NCBI GenBank assembly: GCA_027593235.1
Contig: JAQCIU010000039.1
Coordinates: 1-29,098 of the forward strand
Reading direction: 5' to 3'
Origin: Chloroflexota bacterium
GTDB lineage: Bacteria > Chloroflexota > Dehalococcoidia > UBA2979
Length of the DNA: 29,098 nt
Made by a program: the position numbers and the translations under genes. A model generated the notes under the pieces. The model was not told the origin of the DNA. It did not search any database and saw nothing but the letters and a program-made list of their open reading frames with translations. Shown in pieces: positions 8,246 through 17,648 of the stretch. Position 1 is the stretch's first letter. Each line of letters opens with the position of its first letter.

Positions 8246-9451
8246 ATGCCTTCATCCCATCCCGGACCGGCCGCCTCCGCTACGCCGGCCCCGGCGGCGC
8301 AGCCGGTCGTGGAGGCCGAGGCGCTCGCGGCGATCGTCGCGGCCTTCGACCTGGCGCCGCACCAGCTCCACGTCTTCGATCCGGCCTACCCGCGCTTCGA
8401 CGCGCAGCGCCCGTTGCTGGTGCTGCCGGCCCAGTTCGAGGCGGCACGCCCACACGTCGCCGCGCGGTACCCGGCCGACCTCGCGGTGGGCGTCGCCCTC
8501 GAGGATGGCGTTACCTCCGCGCCGATCGACGCGTTGCCCTCGGAGGCCACGGGCTGGCTGCTGCCGGCGCTATCGCCGGAGCAGGACGTGCGCGGCATCG
8601 CCGGCATTCGCGGGGTGGTGGAGCGGCTGTTCAGCCCGGACGGCTGCCCGTGGGATCTCGCGCAGACGCCGGGCTCGCTCGCGACCTACTTCATCGAGGA
8701 ATCCTACGAACTGGTCGACGCGATCGAGGGCGGCGACCCGGCCGAGATCCGGGAGGAGCTGGGCGACATCCTGGCGCACGTCTTCATGCAGACCGCGGTC
8801 GCTCAGCGCGCCGGCGATTTCACGGTGGAGGACGTCGTCGAGTACATCTCTCGCAAGCTCGTCCGTCGCCATCCCCACGTGTACGGCGACGTAGATACGG
8901 ACTCGCCGGAAGAGATCGAGCGGATCTGGGAGCAGATCAAGGCGCAGGAACGCGCCGAACGGGACGCGCGCGACCCGGGCGCGAGGCGTGCGGAGAGCGC
9001 GCTGGACTCCGTCCCCAACTCCGCGCCGGGCCTCGTGCGGGTCGATCAGCTGATCGGTCGGGCCGAGCGGGCGGGGCTGACGCCGGCGGCGCCGCCAGCG
9101 ATCGAGGCGGCGACGAGCGCCCTCGGTGTGATCGCCGGCACTACCGAGGCGAACGCGCTCGGCGCCTCGGACGCGACGAGCGCGCTCGGTGGATTGGGCG
9201 CGGCGGACGCCGCAGGCGACGACGGCGCGGCGGCGATCGGGGCGCTGCTCTGGGCGGCGGTGCGGCTGGCGCGGGAGCGCGAGGTGGACGCGGAACAGGC
9301 GCTACGATTGGCGGCGAACGGGTTCCTCGAGCGCTTCCGCGCGATCGAGGATGAGGCACGAACGGCCGGGATCGCGGTCGCGGAGCTGCCACCGGAGCGC
9401 CACCAGCGGACGTGGCCGCCGGAGCCGGGATACCCACCCGGGGCACAGTAA
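8246..9451 (+). CDS. mazG: MazG-family nucleoside triphosphate pyrophosphohydrolase (YabN-like)
   Basis: Motifs GCPWDLAQT, IEESYELVDAI, EELGDIL, KLVRRHPHVYG and WEQIKAQE. The second MazG domain is degenerate. Confidence 0.9.
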   Translation: MPSSHPGPAASATPAPAAQPVVEAEALAAIVAAFDLAPHQLHVFDPAYPRFDAQRPLLVLPAQFEAARPHVAARYPADLAVGVALEDGVTSAPIDALPSEATGWLLPALSPEQDVRGIAGIRGVVERLFSPDGCPWDLAQTPGSLATYFIEESYELVDAIEGGDPAEIREELGDILAHVFMQTAVAQRAGDFTVEDVVEYISRKLVRRHPHVYGDVDTDSPEEIERIWEQIKAQERAERDARDPGARRAESALDSVPNSAPGLVRVDQLIGRAERAGLTPAAPPAIEAATSALGVIAGTTEANALGASDATSALGGLGAADAAGDDGAAAIGALLWAAVRLAREREVDAEQALRLAANGFLERFRAIEDEARTAGIAVAELPPERHQRTWPPEPGYPPGAQ

Positions 9452-9525
9452 GAAGTACTGCACTGCGTGCTACACTTTCGCGTATCGACCAACGGAACAC
9501 TCACCCATGGCGGAGGAGCACACGC

Positions 9526-10146
9526 ATGACGGCGACGTCCACCCTGACCCGCAAGGAAGCACCGAAGACCGGCGACTCGGTCGTCACACCCGAACGCTAT
9601 GCGACTGGCATGACGACATTCGCGCAGTGGATGGCCTCGATCGAGAAGAACGCGGAGCTGTTCCAGCGACACTACGACGAGTTCACGCCCACGCCCCACG
9701 ACATCGCGGCGCTGAAAAAGTACGCCGACGAGCGTGGCGTGAAGGCGCTGATCCTTGGTACCGACTGGTGCCCGGACGTGTGGCGCGGCCTGCCGGTCGC
9801 CTGCAAGATCGCGGAGCAGTCCGGCATGGAGCTGCGGATCTTTGAGCGCGACGCCAACTCGGACATTATGTCCGAGTTCCTCAAGCAGGGTGAGTTCGAG
9901 TCGGTCCCGACGATCGTCCTGTACGACGGCGACGACAACTACCTGGGCCACTGGATCGAGCGCGCCGACCAGGCCAACGCCGAGATGGCACCGCTGCGCG
10001 AGATCATGGCCGGCAAGGAGCGCGACACCCCGGAGTGGGACACCGCGCGCGCGCAGTACATGGAAGAGACGTGGTTCCTCGCGGAGGGCTGGCGCCAGGC
10101 GCAGGTCCACGAGTTGCTCGCGCTGGTCGCTGAGGCGCTCGACTAG
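9526..10146 (+). CDS. thioredoxin-fold protein (Thioredoxin_9-like, single-Cys WCPD motif)
   Basis: GGAGG RBS before ATG 9526, DWCPDV, ELRIFERD, cis-Pro loop SVPT, and LGHWIER. Confidence 0.82.
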   Translation: MTATSTLTRKEAPKTGDSVVTPERYATGMTTFAQWMASIEKNAELFQRHYDEFTPTPHDIAALKKYADERGVKALILGTDWCPDVWRGLPVACKIAEQSGMELRIFERDANSDIMSEFLKQGEFESVPTIVLYDGDDNYLGHWIERADQANAEMAPLREIMAGKERDTPEWDTARAQYMEETWFLAEGWRQAQVHELLALVAEALD

Positions 10147-10175
10147 CCCTCGACCTGCTTCGCGCGATCACAACA

Positions 10176-10202
10176 AACGGGCCGCCCAATGGGCGGCTCG
10201 TT
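10176..10202. terminator. intrinsic terminator between convergent genes
   Basis: AACGGGCCGCCC-aat-GGGCGGCTCGTT stem-loop with A-rich and T-rich flanks. Confidence 0.75.
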
Positions 10203-10237
10203 CTGTGTGTGCCGAAGGCGGGTGCCGAGGCCGGGCG

Positions 10238-10831
10238 CTAGCCGCGGTGGCGGACCGGCTCGTCCTCGTACTCGAACGTCTCGTCGTCGTCGCCGTTGAG
10301 CGATGGGCTCTCCGACGCGGCGGCGAACTCGCTGGCGACCCGCTCGAGGTCGAGCGGTGGCTCACGATCGACGCTACGCGCCTCGGCCCGGGAGGGTCGC
10401 TGCGGTTCGTCGAACGACAAGCGCTGCTCGCGAGCGACGGCCTCGGATGGCGGTGGCACCGGCGCGGCCGGCGTCATCAGTCCTCGCGAGGTGTTGTCGC
10501 CGCCGCCGCTGGGCCGGCGCGGATCGGTCTCCTGGATCGAGCCCAGCTCAGAGAGCAGGACTTCGCGCTCCAGCAACCGCAGGTAAGCGTCTTGCAGGGT
10601 CTCCGGCGGCCGCAGGGCCGCGTAGATGGGCAGGCTCACGAGCGGGAAGACGATCGCGATCGCCACAGCGATGAGCTGCGAAACGGGGTCTCGGGTCCGA
10701 GCGCGGATGTCGCGGTATACCCACAACACCGAGGTCGCCCAGAGCACGATCAGGTAACCGCCAACAAGCGTGCCGGAAAGGCGCGCTGTCGCTTGCCAAT
10801 CGCCTCCGGGCCATCCAATGAGCGCGTCCAC
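10238..10831 (-). CDS. hypothetical membrane protein (two to three N-terminal TM segments, disordered acidic tail)
   Basis: GGGAGG RBS before GTG 10831. Contains LWATSVLWVYRDIRART...IVFPLVSLPIYAALRPPETL (PLDc_N-like hairpin pattern). The ORF-track extension to 11482 overlaps another gene and looks non-coding. Confidence 0.75.
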   Translation of the reverse strand: MDALIGWPGGDWQATARLSGTLVGGYLIVLWATSVLWVYRDIRARTRDPVSQLIAVAIAIVFPLVSLPIYAALRPPETLQDAYLRLLEREVLLSELGSIQETDPRRPSGGGDNTSRGLMTPAAPVPPPSEAVAREQRLSFDEPQRPSRAEARSVDREPPLDLERVASEFAAASESPSLNGDDDETFEYEDEPVRHRG

Positions 10832-10992
10832 GCGCGACCTCCCCGGTACTCCGCCCGTCGAACAGGCTAGCACGCACGTGTCCGGCGATCTGCGGGTTGC
10901 GCGAGCTGAGCGCTGACGCCCCGCCGACGGTTCCAGCGGCCAGTCCCAGCGGACGGGGGCCGCGCAACGCGCACGTCTGGGGCGGTCCCTGA

Positions 10993-11430
10993 TCAGCCGT
11001 TGGCGTGACCGCCGTGCACACGATCGCGGAAGATCAGCACGCGATGCCGCACCGAGGATGGCGCATGGCTGGAGACCACGGAAGCGAAGAGAATCGGCGC
11101 AAGCAACCACTCCCCGGCCCCGCTGACCACGATCAATGCGAGGACGGCGAGTTTCACGAGCACGACGACGCCCTTCGTCTGGATCAGGAACGCCGGGCTG
11201 TCGATAACGTCGAACACCAGCACAGCCGCACCCGCGCCGACCAACAGGATGAGCCAGCCCTCGAGGTCCGCGCTCGGCTCGCCGAGGACGACGCCACCGG
11301 CGAACACGCCGGCTCCGAGGACGTGCGCGGCACGCAGCGAGATCTTCACGACACGTTGCCAGCCGCCCGCCGATCCGCGGCCCTCGGGCGCCAGTAGTGC
11401 CTGGAGCGACTGCAGCACGACCACCTCCAC
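10993..11430 (-). CDS. hypothetical integral membrane protein (145 aa)
   Basis: Four hydrophobic segments, with His-containing LRAAHV and SSHAPSSVRH motifs. Confidence 0.72.
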   Translation of the reverse strand: MEVVVLQSLQALLAPEGRGSAGGWQRVVKISLRAAHVLGAGVFAGGVVLGEPSADLEGWLILLVGAGAAVLVFDVIDSPAFLIQTKGVVVLVKLAVLALIVVSGAGEWLLAPILFASVVSSHAPSSVRHRVLIFRDRVHGGHANG

Positions 11431-11562
11431 GTTCGGCGCACGATAGCTGCCCGGTGGCGGGGGCGGCAGGGTCGAGAGTCACTGCTAGGATTCCGGCGGC
11501 AAGTGCCGCTGGCGCAGCGGCACGACGGCGCCATGGGAGCGGCAGCAGGAACAGAGGACGTC

Positions 11563-12411
11563 ATGGGCAAGTTGGACGGCAAGGTCGTGATCGTGACGGG
11601 CGCGAGCCGTGGGATCGGGCAGGGCATCGCGGAACTCTTCGCCGCCGAAGGCGGCAAGGTGGTCTGCGCCGCGCGCACGCTCCACGAGGGCGATCACATG
11701 CTCGATGGCTCGCTCGACCGCACCGTCACGGCGATCCGCGCGGCCGCCGGCGAGGCGACGGCGCTGACCGTCGATGTCTCCGACGAGGACTCCTGCAACG
11801 AACTCGTCGAGCAGACGAAGGCGACGTATGGCGCGGTCGATGTGCTGATCAACAACGCCGCGCTCAACTACTACATCCCGATCGTCGACTATCCGGCGAG
11901 CCGCTGGATGCGCGCCTTCGCGGTGAACCTGCACGGCCCGTTCATGCTCTCGAAGGCGGTGCTGCCGGAGATGATCGAGCGCCGCTCCGGCTCAATCGTC
12001 AACATCTCCTCGGTCGGTGCGATCGGCCCCGGACGCGGGCCCTACCCGGAAACACCGAGGCGACTCGGCGGCACGATGTACGGCGCCTCGAAAGCCGCGC
12101 TGGAGCGGTTCACGCAGGGCCTCGCGCAGGAGGTGTACCAGCACGGGGTGTCGGTGAACTGCTACTCACCGGGCGTTGGCGTGGCGACCGAGGGCACGGT
12201 CCACTTCGGGCTGAGCAAGTCCCTCGATGACCCCGATCGGGAGCCGATGTCGATGATGACCCGCGCCGCGCTGTTGCTGGCGACGGAGCCGCTGGACAAG
12301 GTCACCGGGCGCGTCACCTACAGCCAGGAGATCCTCAAGGAGTTCGGCTGGATCGAGGACGGCGTCGGCCTCGGGATCGACGTTCCGGGGTCGGGATACT
12401 CGCGGCAGTAG
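11563..12411 (+). CDS. short-chain dehydrogenase/reductase (SDR)
   Basis: TGASRGIG, LINNA, IVNISS and catalytic YGASK. GAGG RBS before ATG 11563. Confidence 0.95.
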   Translation: MGKLDGKVVIVTGASRGIGQGIAELFAAEGGKVVCAARTLHEGDHMLDGSLDRTVTAIRAAAGEATALTVDVSDEDSCNELVEQTKATYGAVDVLINNAALNYYIPIVDYPASRWMRAFAVNLHGPFMLSKAVLPEMIERRSGSIVNISSVGAIGPGRGPYPETPRRLGGTMYGASKAALERFTQGLAQEVYQHGVSVNCYSPGVGVATEGTVHFGLSKSLDDPDREPMSMMTRAALLLATEPLDKVTGRVTYSQEILKEFGWIEDGVGLGIDVPGSGYSRQ

Positions 12412-12532
12412 CGGCCGGAAGTGGCCCCGGGCGCCAGCGTTCGGCTCCGAACGAGGGTCAGCGCGAACGCGGCGACCGCACCTGCCTCTGAACGCTGATA
12501 ACCCGTCACGTCGACCCCGACACCCTCCCCGC

Positions 12533-12546
12533 TACAATCGGGTCAG
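12533..12546 (+). promoter_or_regulatory. -10 box for probably leaderless pcrA transcript
   Basis: TACAAT at 12533-12538, 8 nt before the ATG, with no RBS. Confidence 0.55.
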
Positions 12547-14742
12547 ATGACCACTACCCAAGACGTCCTGAACGAGGCCCAACAACGCGCGGTCGAGCTA
12601 CCGGGCGGGGGGCTGATGATCCTCGCGGGGCCGGGGTCCGGGAAGACGCGCGTGATCGCGCACCGGATCGCCTACCTGGTCGAGGAGTTGGACGTCGCGC
12701 CGTGGCGCATCCTTGCCGTCACGTTCACCAATAAGGCCGCGAAGGAGATGCGCGAGCGCGTCGAGGGCCTGTTGGGCGACCGTGCGCGCGACCTGACGAT
12801 GGGGACGTTCCACTCGGTCTGCGCGCGCATCCTGCGCCGTGACGGGCAGGAGATCGGGCTCCCCAACGACTTCGCGATCTACGACACCGACGACCAGATG
12901 TCGCTGGTACGCAGCATCGAGAGCGAGCTGCAGATCGATCCGAAGCGGTTCCCACCTCGACAGGTGCTGTCCGCGATCTCCTCCGCGAAGAACGAGCGCC
13001 GGGACGTCGCCGCGTACGAGCGCGAGGTGGGCTCGTACTTCGAGGAGATCGTTGCGCGGGTCTACGCGAAGTACCAGGCGGCACTGGTGCGCAACGGCGC
13101 TGTCGATTTCGACGACCTGCTGGGCAAGACGCTGGAGCTGTTCGAGACGAGTGACGCGACGCGGCTGAAGTACGCGGACCGCTACCTGCACACACTGGTG
13201 GACGAGTTCCAGGACACGAACCTGGTGCAGTACCAGCTCGCGCGGCAACTAGCCTCGGTGCACGGCAACATCACGGCGGTCGGGGACCCGGATCAGTCGA
13301 TCTATTCCTGGCGCGCGGCCGACATCCGCAACCTGCAGCACTTCGAGCGCGACTTCGCGGGCGCGGAGGTGGTGCTACTGGAGCAGAACTACCGCAGCAC
13401 CGGCCACATCCTGAGCGCCGCCCACGCGGTGATCGACCGCGCCGAGGGCCGCCCCGAGAAGCACCTCTGGACCGAGAACCCGGACGGCGAGCGGATCGTT
13501 GCCTACGAGGCGCCGTACGGGGATGACGAGGGCCAGTTCATCGCCGGCGAGATCAAGCGCCTGAAACGCACGGCGGACTACCCGTATAGCGCGTTCGCGG
13601 TGATGTACCGCACGAACGCCCAGTCGCGCGCGATCGAGGAAGCGTTCATCCAGCAGAGCGTCCGCTACCGCATCGTTGGCGGTACCCGCTTCTACGACCG
13701 TCGCGAGATCCGCGATCTGGTGGCGTACCTACGGCTGATCCACAACGAGTACGACTCGGTCGCCTTCGACAGGATCGTGAACGTGCCGACGCGCGGCATC
13801 GGGGCGAAGTCGACCTCGGACCTGCTCGCTGCGGCCGTGGAGCTTGGCCTGTCCCCGCTGGCCGCCGGGACGCGCGCCGCCCGAGGCGACAACGATCTGC
13901 CGGCGCTGCGCGCGAACATCCAGACCGCGCTCTCGCTCTTCGTCGCGCAGATCGACGAACTGGCGGTGGCCCGTCAGACACTGACCGTGGCCGAGCTGCT
14001 CGACCGCATCCTCGCGATGACCAACTACCGCGCCTACCTGGAAAAGAGCGACGAGGAGCACCACGAGGTGCGCTGGGAGAACGTGCAGGAGCTGCGTAAC
14101 GTCGCGGCCCAGTACGAAGAGGTGGAGACGGACGCCACGCTCGCCCAGTTCCTGGAGGAGGTCGCGCTGGTCTCCGACATCGACGATCCGAGCGCGGATC
14201 AGCCCGATGCCGTCACGCTGATCACGCTGCACGCCGCAAAGGGCCTGGAGTTTCCGGTGGTCTTCATGCCGGGCATGGAGGAGGGCATCCTCCCGCACAT
14301 GCGCGCGATCGATGACCCGCCGCAACTCCAGGAGGAGCGGCGTGTCTGTTATGTCGGGATGACTCGTGCACGGGAGCGGCTGTACCTGACCAATGCGCGC
14401 CGCCGCATGAGTTATGGCAATTTACGAGCGAATCCGCCCTCGCGATTCCTCGGCGATCTGCCGGAGGCGGACGTGCAGACGCCGCTTGGCACGAACCGCG
14501 CCGCGCCACGCACCGGTGGCGGGCTACGCGCCGCCGCCGCGGCGCGCCAGGCGAAGCATGTGGACGCCACCTCGCCGTCGTTCTCGCCGGGGGATCGGGT
14601 CCATCACGCCACCTTCGGCAACGGTGTTGTGATCGCGTGCGTGCTCGTGCCGGGGGACCAACAAGTGACGGTGGCGTTCGAGGGCAAAGGGGTGAAGAAG
14701 CTGATGCTCTCGTTTGCCCCGATTCGGGCGATCGGCGCCTGA
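12547..14742 (+). CDS. pcrA: ATP-dependent DNA helicase PcrA/UvrD
   Basis: AGPGSGKT, TFTNKAA, VDEFQDTN, VGDPDQSIYSWR, LEQNYRST, TLHAAKGLEF and EERRVCYVGMTRA, plus a C-terminal Tudor-like domain (GDRVHHATFGNGVV). Confidence 0.97.
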   Translation: MTTTQDVLNEAQQRAVELPGGGLMILAGPGSGKTRVIAHRIAYLVEELDVAPWRILAVTFTNKAAKEMRERVEGLLGDRARDLTMGTFHSVCARILRRDGQEIGLPNDFAIYDTDDQMSLVRSIESELQIDPKRFPPRQVLSAISSAKNERRDVAAYEREVGSYFEEIVARVYAKYQAALVRNGAVDFDDLLGKTLELFETSDATRLKYADRYLHTLVDEFQDTNLVQYQLARQLASVHGNITAVGDPDQSIYSWRAADIRNLQHFERDFAGAEVVLLEQNYRSTGHILSAAHAVIDRAEGRPEKHLWTENPDGERIVAYEAPYGDDEGQFIAGEIKRLKRTADYPYSAFAVMYRTNAQSRAIEEAFIQQSVRYRIVGGTRFYDRREIRDLVAYLRLIHNEYDSVAFDRIVNVPTRGIGAKSTSDLLAAAVELGLSPLAAGTRAARGDNDLPALRANIQTALSLFVAQIDELAVARQTLTVAELLDRILAMTNYRAYLEKSDEEHHEVRWENVQELRNVAAQYEEVETDATLAQFLEEVALVSDIDDPSADQPDAVTLITLHAAKGLEFPVVFMPGMEEGILPHMRAIDDPPQLQEERRVCYVGMTRARERLYLTNARRRMSYGNLRANPPSRFLGDLPEADVQTPLGTNRAAPRTGGGLRAAAAARQAKHVDATSPSFSPGDRVHHATFGNGVVIACVLVPGDQQVTVAFEGKGVKKLMLSFAPIRAIGA

Positions 14743-14752
14743 CCACCGACGA

Positions 14753-14907
14753 CGAGACTGTCGTCGCAGCCGCGCGGGACGATAGTCATGGCGGTTCGGG
14801 ACGATCGTCGTGGCATACCGGGACCTCCGTCACCGGCGGACGGGACTTCCGTCGCAGCGCCGCGGGACCATCGTCGTGGCCGCGCAGGACGATCGTCGGG
14901 TCCGCTG
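14753..14907. repeat. array of seven degenerate 22-bp units, each with a C-GGGAC-N4-GTC core (probable phased transcription-factor sites)
   Basis: Cores start at 14754, 14776, 14798, 14820, 14842, 14864 and 14886. GAC-N4-GTC is invariant in all seven; the linkers vary. Confidence 0.88.
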
Positions 14908-15114
14908 TCAGGCCGCTGACGGGTCTTACACCCACCTGACGACCGCGTCCCAACCCGCTCTCGTGCTGACCTTCCGCTGACTCCTGCCGTGGCGCGCGCA
15001 ATAGCAGGGGACCACCTGCTGCGAATCCGTCCTCGGCCCGGCGACGCTGTGTTGGTGCGGACCTCAACTCGCGTTGAGTCGACCGCATTAGCGCGCTGCG
15101 AAGGGACAACAGAC

Positions 15115-17548
15115 GTGGCAACCATCGATCAGCTTCTGGGGCGGTTCCGCCTGCGAACCAAATTCGCGGTCATGCTCGCCGTACCGCTCATCGCACTCAT
15201 CGGATTCTCGGTGATGCAGATCAGGAGCAGCGCGGGGACCGTCAGCGAACTCAATTCGCTGAGCGATCTGTCCGACCTCGCGGTCACGACCAGCGCGTTC
15301 GTTCACGAAACCCAGAAAGAGCGTGGCATCACCGGCCTCTTCCTCGGAAGTGGCGGGACGGAGTTCGGGGACAAGCTGGCTGATCAGCGCGTCCTCTCCG
15401 ACGAACACCGAGCAGAGCTCACGACCGCCCTCGATCACTTCGATGCGGCCGCCTTCGGGAGCGAGTTCAGCGAGACGGTCGCGGCGAGCCGAGAACTGAT
15501 CGAGGGGATCGACGCGCACCGCGCCAGCGTGGACGCGCTCTCCCTGACCGGCGCCGAGGGCCTCGGCTACTACACGCGCGTCAACGGATCGCTCCTCAAC
15601 GTGGTGTCGCACATCGGTGGGCTCAGCAACAACGCCGAGCTTTCGCGACTGGTCGCTAGCTACGTCAACTTCTTGCAGTCGAAGGAGCGCGCCGGCCAGG
15701 AGCGCGGTGTGATGAGCACCGTGTTCACCATCGGCCACTTCGAGGGCGCCTTCTTCAACAACTTCTCCCGGATCGTGACCGAGCAGGACACCTACGAACG
15801 CGTCTTCGAGTCCTTCGCGACCGCGGAGCAGATTGAGTTCTACAACGCCACCGTCTCCGGCGAAGGCGTCGACGCCGTAGCTGAGATCCGCACGCTCGCC
15901 TTCGAGGGCTCGACGGCGTCGGACCTGGGCGTTGACGCCGTCACCTGGTTCGACGCCATGACGGTGAAGATCAACCTGCTGAAGACCGTCGAGGACCACC
16001 TGGCGGAGGGCCTGATCTCGGAGGCGCACGCGCTGCGTGATGACGCCAAGTCCGCCCTGATTCAACTCTCGATCCTCGTTGTCGCGCTCACGGCGTTCTC
16101 GATCGCCGGGGCGTACGTGGTCTCGCGATCGCTGTCGGCGCAGATCGCCCAGCTCGTCGCGGGCTTGCGGTCGATGGCCGGCGGATCGACGAAGTACCAG
16201 GTGAGCGTGGAGACCTCCGACGAGGTAGGGGAGATGGCGGATTCGTACCGCGCACTGCAGGGCTACCTCAGCGAGATGGCGGGCAACGCCCGCCGTATCG
16301 CGGACGGCGACCTCAGCGGCGAGGTACACCCGCGTTCGAGCGAGGATGAGCTGGGTGTCGCCTTCCAGACGATGACCCGCAACCTGAACCGCGTACTGGG
16401 CGAGGTCAGCGATGCCGCTGTCCGTCTGGACAGCTCACGCACCGAACTGGGCCGCGTCGCCAACGACGCCGCGCATGCGACTGCCGAAGTTGCCAACTCG
16501 ATCGGCCAGGTGGCCGAGGGCAGCAGCGACCAGGCGAACCGCGTGCAGGAGACCACGACCAGCATCGGCAACCTTGCCGAGTCGATCTCACAGGTCACGC
16601 AAGGGGCGAGCCGCCAGAGCATCTCGATCGACGAGGTCAGCGCGCTGGCAACCGGCGTCGCAGACGCCGCCTCGCAGGTCTCGAGCTCCGGCAAGCAGGC
16701 ATCGAGGGCAGCGGAGCGCGCGGTTTCGACCGCCGCCGAGGGCGCCGAGAAGGTGCGCGGCACCGTTGCCGGGATCGAGCGCATCAAGGAGAAGGTGGAC
16801 GCCGCCTCCAAGGAGATCGCCACGCTTGGCGCTCGCTCCGCGGAGATCGGCAAGATCGTCGCGACGATTGATGACATTGCCGCGCAGACCAACCTCCTGG
16901 CGCTGAACGCCGCGATCGAGGCGGCACGCGCGGGCGAGCAGGGACGCGGCTTCGCGGTCGTCGCCGACGAGGTGCGCCAGCTCGCTGAGCGGGTGACCCG
17001 CTCCACGCAGGAGATCGCCAGCCTGATCGAGGGCGTCCAGGGCGGCGTCGACGCGTCGGTCGCCGCGATGAACGAGGGCGCCGCGGAGACGGAGGCCGGT
17101 ACGCGTGCCGCCGCTGCCGCCGGTGATTCGATCGAAGGCATCATCAATGCAGTCGACGGCGTCACCGCCGAGATCGACGAGATCGGCAAGCAAGCCGCCT
17201 CGCTCGGTGAATCCGGCGCGCAGATGGTGAAGCAGATCCAACAGATCCGGGTGATCGCCGACGAGAACGCCGCGGCCGCCGCCGGTATGGCCGACAGCGC
17301 CGACGAGGTCGCGGAGTCGATGACCTCGATCGCCGTGACGTCGGAGGAGAACAGCGCCGCCGCGGAGCAGGTCTCGGCGACGGCGGAGGAGATGACCGCG
17401 CAGGTGGATCAGATCACCATGGCGACCGAGCAGCTCGGCGCCATTGTCGGAGACGCTGACCAAGCAGATCTCGACGTTCAAGCTCGCCCGGTCGAGCGGC
17501 CACCTCGAGATCGTCGGCGGCACGGAGGCGAAGCGACCCGCCGCCTAG
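15115..17548 (+). CDS. methyl-accepting chemotaxis protein with NIT (nitrate/nitrite-sensing) domain and HAMP domains; apparent +1 frameshift near the 3' end
   Basis: TM-NIT ([19 protein letters not shown])-TM-HAMP ([14 protein letters not shown])-signalling domain ([38 protein letters not shown]). Removing one base at 17443-17446 gives the typical end ...[13 protein letters not shown]... with TAG at 17546-17548. As assembled, the ORF runs to 17652. Confidence 0.9.
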
Positions 17549-17596
17549 TCCCGCGTCGCAGTGCCACGGCGTCGTTGGCGCCGGGCGAGACACCAA

Positions 17597-17629
17597 CAGG
17601 CCCCGGACCGTTTGACGGTCCGGGGCCTG
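17597..17629. terminator. intrinsic terminator between convergent genes
   Basis: CAGGCCCCGGACCGT-ttg-ACGGTCCGGGGCCTG, a perfect 15-bp stem followed by GTTCGTTTT. Confidence 0.85.
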
Positions 17630-17648
17630 GTTCGTTTTACGCGGACGG

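Noticed and set aside
10832-11482. Long ORF-track N-terminal extensions (10238..11482; likewise 14989, 21318, 25366, 9412, 1350)
   Set aside because: They are Arg/Pro/Ala-rich, overlap other genes or regulatory DNA, and better RBS- or -10-supported starts lie downstream.
14753-14907. CRISPR or mini-CRISPR interpretation of the 22-bp array
   Set aside because: The cores are only 14 bp and degenerate, the variable parts are only 8 bp, and no cas genes or AT-rich leader are present. Replication iterons are also unlikely because there is no rep gene or AT-rich unwinding region.
15064-15090. Sigma28 (FliA/WhiG) promoter for the chemoreceptor
   Set aside because: TCAA-N14-ACCGCATT is too weak a match to TAAA-N15-GCCGATAA.
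15088-17523. Long antisense and alternative-frame ORFs over the MCP (and over MMPL, malic enzyme, glutaminase, transposase)
   Set aside because: These are shadow ORFs expected from high GC3 codon bias, with no recognisable motifs.
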